From Candidatus Ornithospirochaeta sp. (lineage in GTDB: Bacteria; Spirochaetota; Spirochaetia; Sphaerochaetales; Sphaerochaetaceae), in NCBI GenBank assembly GCA_050874025.1, contig JBNMJW010000001.1, forward strand, positions 1 to 50,411: a DNA stretch of 50,411 nucleotides. Direction: 5' to 3'. The position numbers and the translations under genes are program-made. Each line of letters begins with the position of its first letter. Position 1 is the first letter of the stretch. The notes under the pieces were generated by a model. That model worked only from the letters and a program-made list of their open reading frames with translations, had not been told where the DNA came from and searched no databases. This document shows, one piece after another, positions 1 through 7,615 of this stretch.

Positions 1-151
1 CTGTCAAAAGGCGACAGAGCAGACTCGAAAAGCTATCTAACGATAGAAGGAAACTGGAAGCCTCACCCTCAAGCTACTGCTAGGATGAGGTAGTTCACTC
101 TATTTCAATTTCAAAGAATAAAGGAAGAGGAAAAATAGATAACTGTAGTAG

Positions 152-181
152 TTGAAATATTTAGCCCATTTGTGCTAGATT
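152..181 (+). promoter_or_regulatory. candidate sigma70-type promoter for the tRNA gene
   Basis: TTGAAA (152-157), an 18-nt spacer, then TAGATT (176-181). It ends 12 nt before the predicted tRNA 5' end. Confidence 0.3.
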
Positions 182-192
182 ACTTTAGCTAT

Positions 193-265
193 CCCCCTTT
201 AGCTCAGTGGTTAGAGCAGAAGACTCATAATCTTTTGGTCGATGGTTCAAGTCCACCAGGGGGGA
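193..265 (+). tRNA. tRNA with anticodon CAT, most likely tRNA-Ile2 (lysidine type) rather than elongator Met; no encoded CCA
   Basis: Cloverleaf folded by hand. Acceptor stem CCCCCTT/AGGGGGG, D arm GCTC-AGTGGTTA-GAGC, anticodon stem GAAGA/TCTTT with loop CTCATAA, variable region TGGTC. T arm GATGG-TTCAAGT-CCACC with one A-C mismatch, discriminator A. The D arm, anticodon loop, variable region and T loop closely resemble E. coli ileX as I remember it. There are no three G-C pairs in the anticodon stem, so it is not an initiator. Confidence 0.85.
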
Positions 266-312
266 CTAAATAGATGGTCTATAAGTTTTTCTTGTAGACC
301 GTTTTTTTATTG

Positions 313-393
313 CAAAATATCGCAGTCTAACATGCCACAAAATGCCAAAATATCGCAGTTGAATGTACCTAAAAATGGCAAAATATCGCAGTC
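313..393. repeat. three direct repeats with an identical 14-nt core CAAAATATCGCAGT phased exactly 33 bp apart (iteron-like)
   Basis: Core copies lie at 313-326, 346-359 and 379-392. The first two 19-nt inter-core segments match at about 11 of 19 positions, so this is a diverged 33-bp tandem unit. Confidence 0.85.
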
Positions 394-480
394 GAGGTTG
401 GAAAGTACAAATTTCGGCAAAGGAAAATGGGATATTTCCTTAAACCGAAATTAAAAAACAGTACAATTAAATCACTCTAG

Positions 481-618
481 AGAATCAAGACCATAGTTCC
501 ACAAAACTGGACTAATACGGGAATGCCTGAAAAATTTAGATATTTCTGTATGGGGAATGCTCTCGTGGTTGGAATAATAGAAAGACTAGGCAAAAGGATT
601 ATAGAAATAAGCAAATGA
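481..618 (+). pseudogene. C-terminal remnant (45 codons) of a C5 cytosine DNA methyltransferase
   Basis: Frame translation is RIKTIVPQNWTNTGMPEKFRYFCMGNALVVGIIERLGKRIIEISK-stop. It matches the FPxNWT...RYxxxGNAxxV (motif X) C-terminus of Dcm-type enzymes. An in-frame TAG sits immediately upstream (478-480) and there is no upstream catalytic domain. Confidence 0.45.
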
Positions 619-660
619 TAGCTTTTGGGGTAGAAAATAGTAACATTTGGGCTACTACAA

Positions 661-1242
661 TCAGAACTTTTTAAAGATGAAATTTATCCACCTATAGTTG
701 TAGTTCTCTCTTACATCATTACTTAGCCAGACCTTAATTAGAACAAGAGAAGAAGGAATGAAGTTCTTTATTTTCTCCTCTGTCATGTTTATATACCATC
801 TCTCACCTTCTCTTTTCTCATCTATGCCATAACGAAAGGAAGCATAGAAGTAACCATTCTTTTTGAGAGCCTTGGTAAGAACATTGAAAGCGAGGGTCAA
901 GTCTTCTTTTGTGTTGTGCAATAGAGATGCTTGTGCCCATATTCCATCATACTTTTCTTTTTCATTTAAGAGTAAGTAATCTTTTTCAATTACATTTTGG
1001 CCTATATATAAAGAGGCTTTTTGAGCAAGATTATGGCTTTTTTCTATGCTGTCTACCCTATAGCCATGTTCTAAAAAATAGAGGCTATCTCGCCCACTGC
1101 CACATCCGCAATCGAGAATATAGCCCCCATAAGGAATGTAAGAAATAAAACTCTCTAAGCTATCACAAACAAATGTACTTTTTGTTTCACTAAAGTATTT
1201 ATCGGCGTTGTTGTTATAAAAATCAAGAGTCTTCTTATCCAT
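661..1242 (-). CDS. class I SAM-dependent methyltransferase (193 aa)
   Basis: SAM-binding motif I ILDCGCGSGRDS and overall Methyltransf_11/TehB-like layout. Confidence 0.8.
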   Translation of the reverse strand: MDKKTLDFYNNNADKYFSETKSTFVCDSLESFISYIPYGGYILDCGCGSGRDSLYFLEHGYRVDSIEKSHNLAQKASLYIGQNVIEKDYLLLNEKEKYDGIWAQASLLHNTKEDLTLAFNVLTKALKKNGYFYASFRYGIDEKREGERWYINMTEEKIKNFIPSSLVLIKVWLSNDVRENYNYRWINFIFKKF

Positions 1243-2006
1243 TACAAACTTAGTATTACATCAATGTAATTAACAACCATATATAAAGAAAATTCACCTA
1301 AGAGGTGACCGTCTTTCTTCAGAAAATTCTCATCAGAAACAACAAGAGCTTTACTTGATGCCTTGGCAATTAAAGAATCTTCCTTTGCAGTAATCGCATC
1401 AACCAAGCCACCATCAAGAATAATAGAACTGAGAGCTGTCATGGCCTTCCTGTCATTTCCTTCTAAAGAGAAGACAATAGCATATGGAACACTATCACAA
1501 TTATCAGTATTTGTAATAACTTCTTTTTCAGGAAATGCTCTATTAATTTTATTCTTTAGCATTGTAGGAAAGGGACCGTTCTCCTCGCCTAATAAAGCAA
1601 TTCTTTCGTATTTTTTTATATTCTGGGCAATGCTTGAAATTATCTCAATATTCTTTCCAGAGAGGGTTTTCTCAATAGTCTTTATTGATCCATCTTTTAA
1701 CAGAGAAAGAGCTTCTTCTTCACTTTCTGTCCCATTAACAGCAACAACAGGACCGTAAGAAGCACTTTTTCCAGCTTCATACCATACTTTAAAATCTTTT
1801 AATCCGGTAAAGTTAAGTGACTTACAGAATCTAACAACGGTAGCCTTGCTTACATCAGCTTTTTCTGCAATGTCAGCAATAGAAAGACTTTGTATCTCAT
1901 CTTCATGCTCAAGTAGATATTTTAAGACTCTTTCTTCCTTTTCCTTGACCTTACCCTTATTAGAAGAATTCATCATATCTAAAAGGCGCGATTCACTCTC
2001 AACCAT
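1242..2006 (-). CDS. MurR/RpiR-family transcriptional regulator (HTH_6 plus SIS domain)
   Basis: The N-terminal segment LSIADIAEKADVSKATVVRFCKSLNFTGLKDFK is the classic RpiR HTH. The C-terminal part is SIS-like. Confidence 0.85.
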   Translation of the reverse strand: MVESESRLLDMMNSSNKGKVKEKEERVLKYLLEHEDEIQSLSIADIAEKADVSKATVVRFCKSLNFTGLKDFKVWYEAGKSASYGPVVAVNGTESEEEALSLLKDGSIKTIEKTLSGKNIEIISSIAQNIKKYERIALLGEENGPFPTMLKNKINRAFPEKEVITNTDNCDSVPYAIVFSLEGNDRKAMTALSSIILDGGLVDAITAKEDSLIAKASSKALVVSDENFLKKDGHLLGEFSLYMVVNYIDVILSL

Positions 2007-2077
2007 AGCAATACTCCTTGCCTTCTTGTCTTCCCCTCTATACTACGAATATAGAAAAAAAGCGTATGTTACGCAAG

Positions 2078-2863
2078 TTAGGAAAAAAAAGTTTCTATTG
2101 TATTTAGCGCCATCCTAGTGCATTCAATCTCTTGTAAATTGTCACCACCATTTTCCAAAATTGAATAGACATGAGAGTAAAGAAAGGCTATGGAAGAATA
2201 GAAGTTTTCATCTACTATTTCTTCTTTTCCGTTAAAAGAAAAACTCAATCCTCTATCAAAACTATCTTTAATAACTCTAATTTTTCCGGAAGAAGAAGCA
2301 CAACTTATATAAGCACTTAGTTCACATTCATTAGAACTCTTATCAGTAACAGATAAGACATCGCCAAAAAGAAAAGTTAACGTTTCAAGTGCTATTATTA
2401 ATGCTTCTTCTTTTTTGATTGATGCATAGCTTAAGGATAGAGAAAACTCACCTTTTTGCCCTCTCAATTTTTTTAAGAATGGGGAGTACAAAAAGCAATT
2501 GCCATTAAAGACAAATGCGCCATCATTAATAGCGTTATGTAGTTTTTTCTATTCTCCAAGAGATGAAACAATCGGGCTTTCAACGACGACAATCTTTGAA
2601 AAAGAAAGGGCATATAAAATAAACGAGAGATGGAGTGAAGTTGGGAGTGCTAATACCACTAAGTCAATATCTTCGTTCTCTAATAGATATTCACTGTCTT
2701 TTGTAATAGTCTCAATTTTGTGTCTCTTTGCTGTTAAAACACTAGACTTTTCATCTTCAGAATAGATTGCCCTAAGAGAAAAGTGGTGATCTAAGTTCAA
2801 AGCATGAGAATGCCTAAAAGCAGCAACAGACGAGCCAATTATTCCACAATTAATTTGGCTCAT
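2078..2863 (-). pseudogene. Gfo/Idh/MocA-family oxidoreductase interrupted by one in-frame TAG (2549-2551)
   Basis: ORFs 2549..2863 (Rossmann N-domain: CGIIGSS..., DLVVLALPTSLH, VVVESP) and 2078..2491 are in the same frame, with 57 nt (19 sense codons) between them. The downstream piece has only a TTG and no SD. Confidence 0.6.
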
Positions 2864-3309
2864 ATCACACTAACTTCATCGTCTGGTATATCAAAAGAAT
2901 CAAGGAAAGCTTCTAAGAGATAAGTCTCAACATCGTCTTGCTTAAGAGAGATGTTTATTTCACCAACTCTTTCTTTCTCACCATCACGATAGATTACAAG
3001 CACAGGATTTGTTAAATATCCTCTTATGCCATACTCTTCTGCTAGGAGCTTTACAGACTCGCCTGTCAAATGAGATACAATTCTCAAATCCTCTCTCTCA
3101 ATTGAAATGGATGCAATATACTTACCATCCCTTATTCCAACAATAGCCCAAGGAATTGACATAACAGAGTTAAAGCCGAGAGGTATTCCATTTTGGATAA
3201 GGCGTATCTCTAAAGAATCACTTCTCCATTTCTTTACTATATTCTTATTTGGGTCAGGCAAATCTTGACTAATATCTAAAGTTAATTCTTCATCGTCAAT
3301 GTACATCAT
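2860..3309 (-). CDS. hypothetical acidic cytoplasmic protein (149 aa)
   Basis: ORF has ATGA overlaps with both neighbours, which suggests translational coupling. No motif recognised. Confidence 0.6.
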   Translation of the reverse strand: MMYIDDEELTLDISQDLPDPNKNIVKKWRSDSLEIRLIQNGIPLGFNSVMSIPWAIVGIRDGKYIASISIEREDLRIVSHLTGESVKLLAEEYGIRGYLTNPVLVIYRDGEKERVGEINISLKQDDVETYLLEAFLDSFDIPDDEVSVI

Positions 3310-4532
3310 TTATAATCCTTAATAGAAATATCTTTTAAAGCAGAGAGTCCATTATTTAAGAAAAGAGCAACAGATTTGTCTGTACTTTTTCTTTTTCTAG
3401 AGAACAATGCTTCTACAACATCAGATAGCATAATCTTTTCACTAGGTCTAGCGAGAATAAAAGATGCAGAAGAAACCTCTTTTATGAACCCACTCTCTAT
3501 GAAAACCTTAAGGTAGACATCAGTACGATAATAGGTAACTCTGCTACGAGAACTAAGTAGCTTTTCGTCTATTCCACCCTCGCCTTTTTCAAAACTTATT
3601 GCTATCTGCTTTAGAATTCTCAATCCTTCTTCTAACTCTCGTTCAGGAGTAAGAGGAAAACCATTTTCTTCACCATTTTCCGGTCTAAATTGATATATAT
3701 ATGTCGTCTCGGCAACTATTATGATTATGTACCACGTTACATATAAAAAAAGAAGTACCAAAAGAATAGCGGCAAGAGAACCATATATTACTGAATACTT
3801 TACTGTTGATGTAATAAGAGTAGTAAAGATTAAATAGAAAAGAGACATAGTGACAGTTCCTAGAATGGAACCAGCTATGGCAGAAGAAAAATTAACTTTA
3901 ACATTTGGAATAAAGTAAAGCAGAAAGAAAAATAAGAGGAAGATTAGGCCATAACGCCCCCATCTATCCATTAATATTTCAGCTATTCCTAAATCAAGCT
4001 TTATCCCCATAAAAGAATAGGCCTTCTCTCTTATAGCAGAAGCAAGAGAAAGAGAGAGTGCTATGACTACAGTTAATACAATTAAGAAAATAAAAATCTT
4101 GCCATAGCGCTTCATTAGGCCACTCGAAGGACGAGTACGGAAGATATTATTTATTACAGAGTCAACCTTACCAGCAAGAAAAAGTCCTGTGATGATAAAA
4201 GATACTAAGCCAGCTATTCCAAGAGACATTGCATTCTTTGAAAACTCAGTAAGTTTTTCAAGAACAAATTCCCCTTCAGAGGTACCAAACGTCTCAATTA
4301 ACCATCTTTCTACATCTTGTAAAAAGCCCTCTGAAGCTCCAAACGCTGAAAGAAAAAATAGCAAAAAAGTAATACATGGGACAATTGCGATAAGTGTGGA
4401 ATATACCATACCTGAAGCAAGGATGCTTATGTTATCTGAACCTATCTTCTTTAACGCACTAAAGACTACCCGAAGGTAGTCTATAAGCCAGTTTTTAATA
4501 TCTTTTAAGTGAAGCTTAAGCGGCTTCTTCAT
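3306..4532 (-). CDS. YihY/BrkB-family membrane protein with an extra C-terminal soluble domain
   Basis: Multi-TM protein containing ISILASGMVYSTLIAIVPCITFLLFF, typical of YihY. The likely ATG at 4530-4532 overlaps the upstream TGA (TGATG). The track start at 4535 is a TTG. Confidence 0.8.
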   Translation of the reverse strand: MKKPLKLHLKDIKNWLIDYLRVVFSALKKIGSDNISILASGMVYSTLIAIVPCITFLLFFLSAFGASEGFLQDVERWLIETFGTSEGEFVLEKLTEFSKNAMSLGIAGLVSFIITGLFLAGKVDSVINNIFRTRPSSGLMKRYGKIFIFLIVLTVVIALSLSLASAIREKAYSFMGIKLDLGIAEILMDRWGRYGLIFLLFFFLLYFIPNVKVNFSSAIAGSILGTVTMSLFYLIFTTLITSTVKYSVIYGSLAAILLVLLFLYVTWYIIIIVAETTYIYQFRPENGEENGFPLTPERELEEGLRILKQIAISFEKGEGGIDEKLLSSRSRVTYYRTDVYLKVFIESGFIKEVSSASFILARPSEKIMLSDVVEALFSRKRKSTDKSVALFLNNGLSALKDISIKDYK

Positions 4533-5449
4533 CAATAAAACTCCTCTAAGAAGGAAATTATATCACTAACGACCTCTTGGCGCATCTTATCATTTAAGAT
4601 TTCATGCCTTCCTTCTTTGTAGAGTTTTACTCTAACATCTTTGATGCCTGCATCTTTGTAGAGAGAGCTAGCTTTAATAACTCCCTTACCATAATTTCCT
4701 ACAGGATCCATGTCTCCACTAAGGAAAAGAATAGGAATATCTTTTCTTATTTTACTTATTAATTTTTTGTTATTAGCTGTCTCTAAGCCCTCGATTAAGT
4801 CAGCATAGAATTGTGAAGAACAGATAAATCCACAGTCTTCATCTTCTTCATATTTTCTTCTCTCTTCATCTAATGAGCTAAGCCAACAAAAAGGGCCCTC
4901 TGTTCTATAATCAAATTTTTTCAAATAAGAACCAAAGGCAAGATTATTTAGATATTCATCTTTATGCTGGCTTCCGTATTTTTTAGCTCTGTGAATGGCA
5001 ATTTTTCTACCAATTTTACTTACTATGCCTTTACTAGCACCGGTACCCATAATAACGGCAGCTCTATAAGCCTCGCTATGCAAAGCCAAATTTGTTCTTG
5101 TTAAGAAAGAACCCATCGAGTGACCAAAGATAAAGTGTGGTACATCCTTATACTCTGACATTATTTGTTGGTCTAAAGTCCAGGAGTCAGAACAGATTCT
5201 CTGCCATCCATTTTTCTCTGCGAACCAACCCACTTCATCTCTACTCTCTTTGGTTTTTCCATGGCCTCTATGATCTTGGCAAAAAACAGTAATACCAATC
5301 TCATTTAGCTTACGTGCTAAAAAGTCATAGCGCAAGCTATGTTCAGCCATACCATGATTGATATGTAGAGTAGCTTTTGTATTATCTGCCCTCCATACTC
5401 TGTAGAACAACTTTTTCCCATCATCCATTTTTAGCCATAATTCTTCCAT
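4532..5449 (-). CDS. alpha/beta hydrolase (lysophospholipase/monoacylglycerol-lipase type)
   Basis: HGMAEHSLRY...DHRGHGKT segment, nucleophile elbow GHSMGS, and a C-terminal D/H region (GDMDPV, GRHEIL). Confidence 0.85.
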   Translation of the reverse strand: MEELWLKMDDGKKLFYRVWRADNTKATLHINHGMAEHSLRYDFLARKLNEIGITVFCQDHRGHGKTKESRDEVGWFAEKNGWQRICSDSWTLDQQIMSEYKDVPHFIFGHSMGSFLTRTNLALHSEAYRAAVIMGTGASKGIVSKIGRKIAIHRAKKYGSQHKDEYLNNLAFGSYLKKFDYRTEGPFCWLSSLDEERRKYEEDEDCGFICSSQFYADLIEGLETANNKKLISKIRKDIPILFLSGDMDPVGNYGKGVIKASSLYKDAGIKDVRVKLYKEGRHEILNDKMRQEVVSDIISFLEEFY

Positions 5450-5482
5450 AGCGAACTCCTTCAGTATTAATATAACACATAA

Positions 5483-5989
5483 ATGAGCATGTTAGGTATG
5501 AAAAGGAACACACTTATTATTTCAGATGTCCATGGCGACAAAGAAGCTATGAGAAGAATAAGAGAGATAGAGAAGCAATTCTCTTCTGAAAGCATTATTT
5601 CTTGTGGAGATTTGACTCCAGACCCGTATGATCCTATCTTTTTCTCAATTGAGGGTTGTAGAGGTAACTGTGACAGGTTTTATGAATATGGTTCATTGCC
5701 ATTTCCTCCCCTTATCTACAGAAAAGAAATATATGGCAAAAGAGTATTAGTAACACATGGACATTTTCCACTAGAAGAGATTACATCTGTCGACATAATC
5801 CTTTCAGGTCATACTCACATTCCTTCAATAAGAAAGAAAGATAACATAATCTATTTTAATCCAGGATCTGTAGCACTTCCGCGTTCATCTAGTGGTCCTA
5901 CATTTGGCTTATTTACGCCATCCTTTTTAGCCATTCTTTCTTTAATAGATTTAACAGTTATCAACAAATGTAATTTTTCCTCATCGTAA
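5483..5989 (+). CDS. YfcE/MJ0936-family metallophosphoesterase
   Basis: Motifs ISDVHGD, CGDL, GNCD, THGH and GHTH occur in the canonical order. The 3' end overlaps the convergent gene by 139 nt. Confidence 0.8.
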   Translation: MSMLGMKRNTLIISDVHGDKEAMRRIREIEKQFSSESIISCGDLTPDPYDPIFFSIEGCRGNCDRFYEYGSLPFPPLIYRKEIYGKRVLVTHGHFPLEEITSVDIILSGHTHIPSIRKKDNIIYFNPGSVALPRSSSGPTFGLFTPSFLAILSLIDLTVINKCNFSSS

Positions 5990-7533
5990 TAATCTTGTAA
6001 CTTCTTGATTGGGACTGTAGATGAATCAAAGGCAGATTCACTACAAAATGAGAAGTAATAAGGAGAGTTATGCCAAGAAAGATTAAGAGCACTATATATC
6101 TCTAAGCCTCGAACCAAAAGTTCATCACTTTTGTGGCCAAAGGCGTTAAAATGGCGGCAGAAAAACCTTGCAACAAAAGGAACATGAAAGGCAATTTCAG
6201 GAACTTTTGACCAATAAACAATTGAAGATAAAAATGGAGGATGGCCAAGAGAAAGAAGCGCTAATGTATATATAGTTTCATAGAGAGCAAAAATACTACT
6301 ACATCTTTCATCAACCCTCTTCTTAGGAAAGAATAGTGTTGCGGGAAGTGTCATTTCTAACCCTTGAGAATATAGAAGAGCTTCACTAAAAGCGCCTCTC
6401 AAATCGTAGCTTATTGGACGATGATCAAAGCCCTGAATAGCATTAGGAAGGTCTTCTAAGCCTTTAGAAAGAATTGCGCCACTTGAAAGTCTATCAATAA
6501 AACTAGCTAAAGATGTAACAGATAAATCTAAGCTATACTTACTTTTTTCCTCATCCGAAGAATAAAGAATGTAGCCAATAATGGCTCCAACAGTTGCAAC
6601 ATCTAAGCCCCAATGTATACATCTGTCGTATAATGAATAAATGTTGTAAGGATCAAATAGTCCAATATTTGGACCAAGAAGCAAGATATCTTTCCAAGAA
6701 GGAAGAGAATCTCCCTTTTTTGTTCTACGTGAACATGAAATAAGGCACCCCATACAGCCATCTGGATAGTTACCAAACTTTTCAGCCATACTACGTCCAT
6801 CCAAGCTATATAGTCTAGGATCAAATCTTTTTTGATAGTTCTTTATAGGGGCCCATCCCAAACGAAGAGAATATGGAATAAAAGAGTACTCTCCATAGTT
6901 TTTTACCATTCTAAAGAATTTATTCTTTTCGGGATTCTTCTGGGGTGTCTTTTCACCTTCAGAGCTTTGGTTTGCTATTGGATAGTTTGGAAGTACTATT
7001 GCCTTTAGGTTGTGTAAATAAAAGGCATGCCCAAGTCCTGAACCAGGAAAGTTTTTTCCTCTATATTGAATAGTACCAAACAAAACGCCTTTATCGGCAG
7101 CAACACCAGTAGAAATAGATATTTCAGATATAGGCGAAATAATAGCTTCAAAGCTCTTACTCTCAGCCTCTCTCATATTCTCTATAGGAAGAATCTCTCG
7201 CTTAGATAGAGAAAGTGTAATATATTTTAATTTCTCTGCCCTTCCAATTATCACAATGGCGCTAATTCCCATCTTATACAAAGAATAGCCATGAGGATAA
7301 TTAACAGCACAAAATTCCATTTTTTTGGTTATCTCTGAATACCAAACAATATGCCAAGGGCTAATGCTACCCTCAGTAAATGATTCTGCTTCAATTGCTG
7401 ACATAACAAGAGCGTCTTTGCCAAATTCTTTGTACAAAGCAAGACTACAACGTAGGCCGTTGTAACTCTCTTTCCATTCTCTCTCTTCAATAATGCCACT
7501 CTTTAAATCGATGATGAGTATAACCATAGCCAT
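5851..7533 (-). CDS. divergent aldehyde:ferredoxin oxidoreductase (AOR)-family protein
   Basis: Colinear by eye with P. furiosus AOR: IDLKSGIIEEREW, ISAIVIIGRAEKLKYI, NLKAIVL, a CxxCxxxC cluster motif (CMGCLISC) and GLDVATVG. The pterin-binding segments are poorly conserved. Confidence 0.6.
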   Translation of the reverse strand: MAMVILIIDLKSGIIEEREWKESYNGLRCSLALYKEFGKDALVMSAIEAESFTEGSISPWHIVWYSEITKKMEFCAVNYPHGYSLYKMGISAIVIIGRAEKLKYITLSLSKREILPIENMREAESKSFEAIISPISEISISTGVAADKGVLFGTIQYRGKNFPGSGLGHAFYLHNLKAIVLPNYPIANQSSEGEKTPQKNPEKNKFFRMVKNYGEYSFIPYSLRLGWAPIKNYQKRFDPRLYSLDGRSMAEKFGNYPDGCMGCLISCSRRTKKGDSLPSWKDILLLGPNIGLFDPYNIYSLYDRCIHWGLDVATVGAIIGYILYSSDEEKSKYSLDLSVTSLASFIDRLSSGAILSKGLEDLPNAIQGFDHRPISYDLRGAFSEALLYSQGLEMTLPATLFFPKKRVDERCSSIFALYETIYTLALLSLGHPPFLSSIVYWSKVPEIAFHVPFVARFFCRHFNAFGHKSDELLVRGLEIYSALNLSWHNSPYYFSFCSESAFDSSTVPIKKLQDYYDEEKLHLLITVKSIKERMAKKDGVNKPNVGPLDERGSATDPGLK

Positions 7534-7615
7534 GTATTATACTGTCTTTTATTCACTTGGACTATTGTTAATGCTTTTTTCTCCAATTCCATTTATACTT
7601 TTTCTTGAGGTCAAA

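Noticed and set aside
1-190. At the window edge there is an open frame (1-93, ending ...EGNWKPHPQATARMR-TAG) and three short hairpins (CTGTC..GACAG, CTATC..GATAG, CCTCA..TGAGG). These could be the end of a gene or of a structured RNA.
   Set aside because: Only 30 codons are available and I recognise no motif. The hairpins match no ncRNA consensus I could recall (RNase P, tmRNA, SRP, group II domain V). The evidence is insufficient to call either.
313-393. Possible mini-CRISPR array, given regularly spaced repeats.
   Set aside because: The conserved core is only 14 nt, the spacers are homologous to one another, there are only three copies, and no cas genes are present.
242-454. Track ORF of 70 aa with a KISQ-containing 11-aa periodicity.
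   Set aside because: It starts inside the tRNA gene, and its periodicity is simply the translation of the 33-bp DNA repeat. It has no SD and an implausible composition.
7493-7615. N-terminal extensions offered by the ORF track for 7493.., 13689, 23809, 27894, 4535 and 47150.
   Set aside because: These extensions either use non-ATG codons shown as M (TTG at 23809 and 4535) or run into the neighbouring gene. Internal ATGs with good SD sequences or stop/start coupling give protein N-termini matching family norms.
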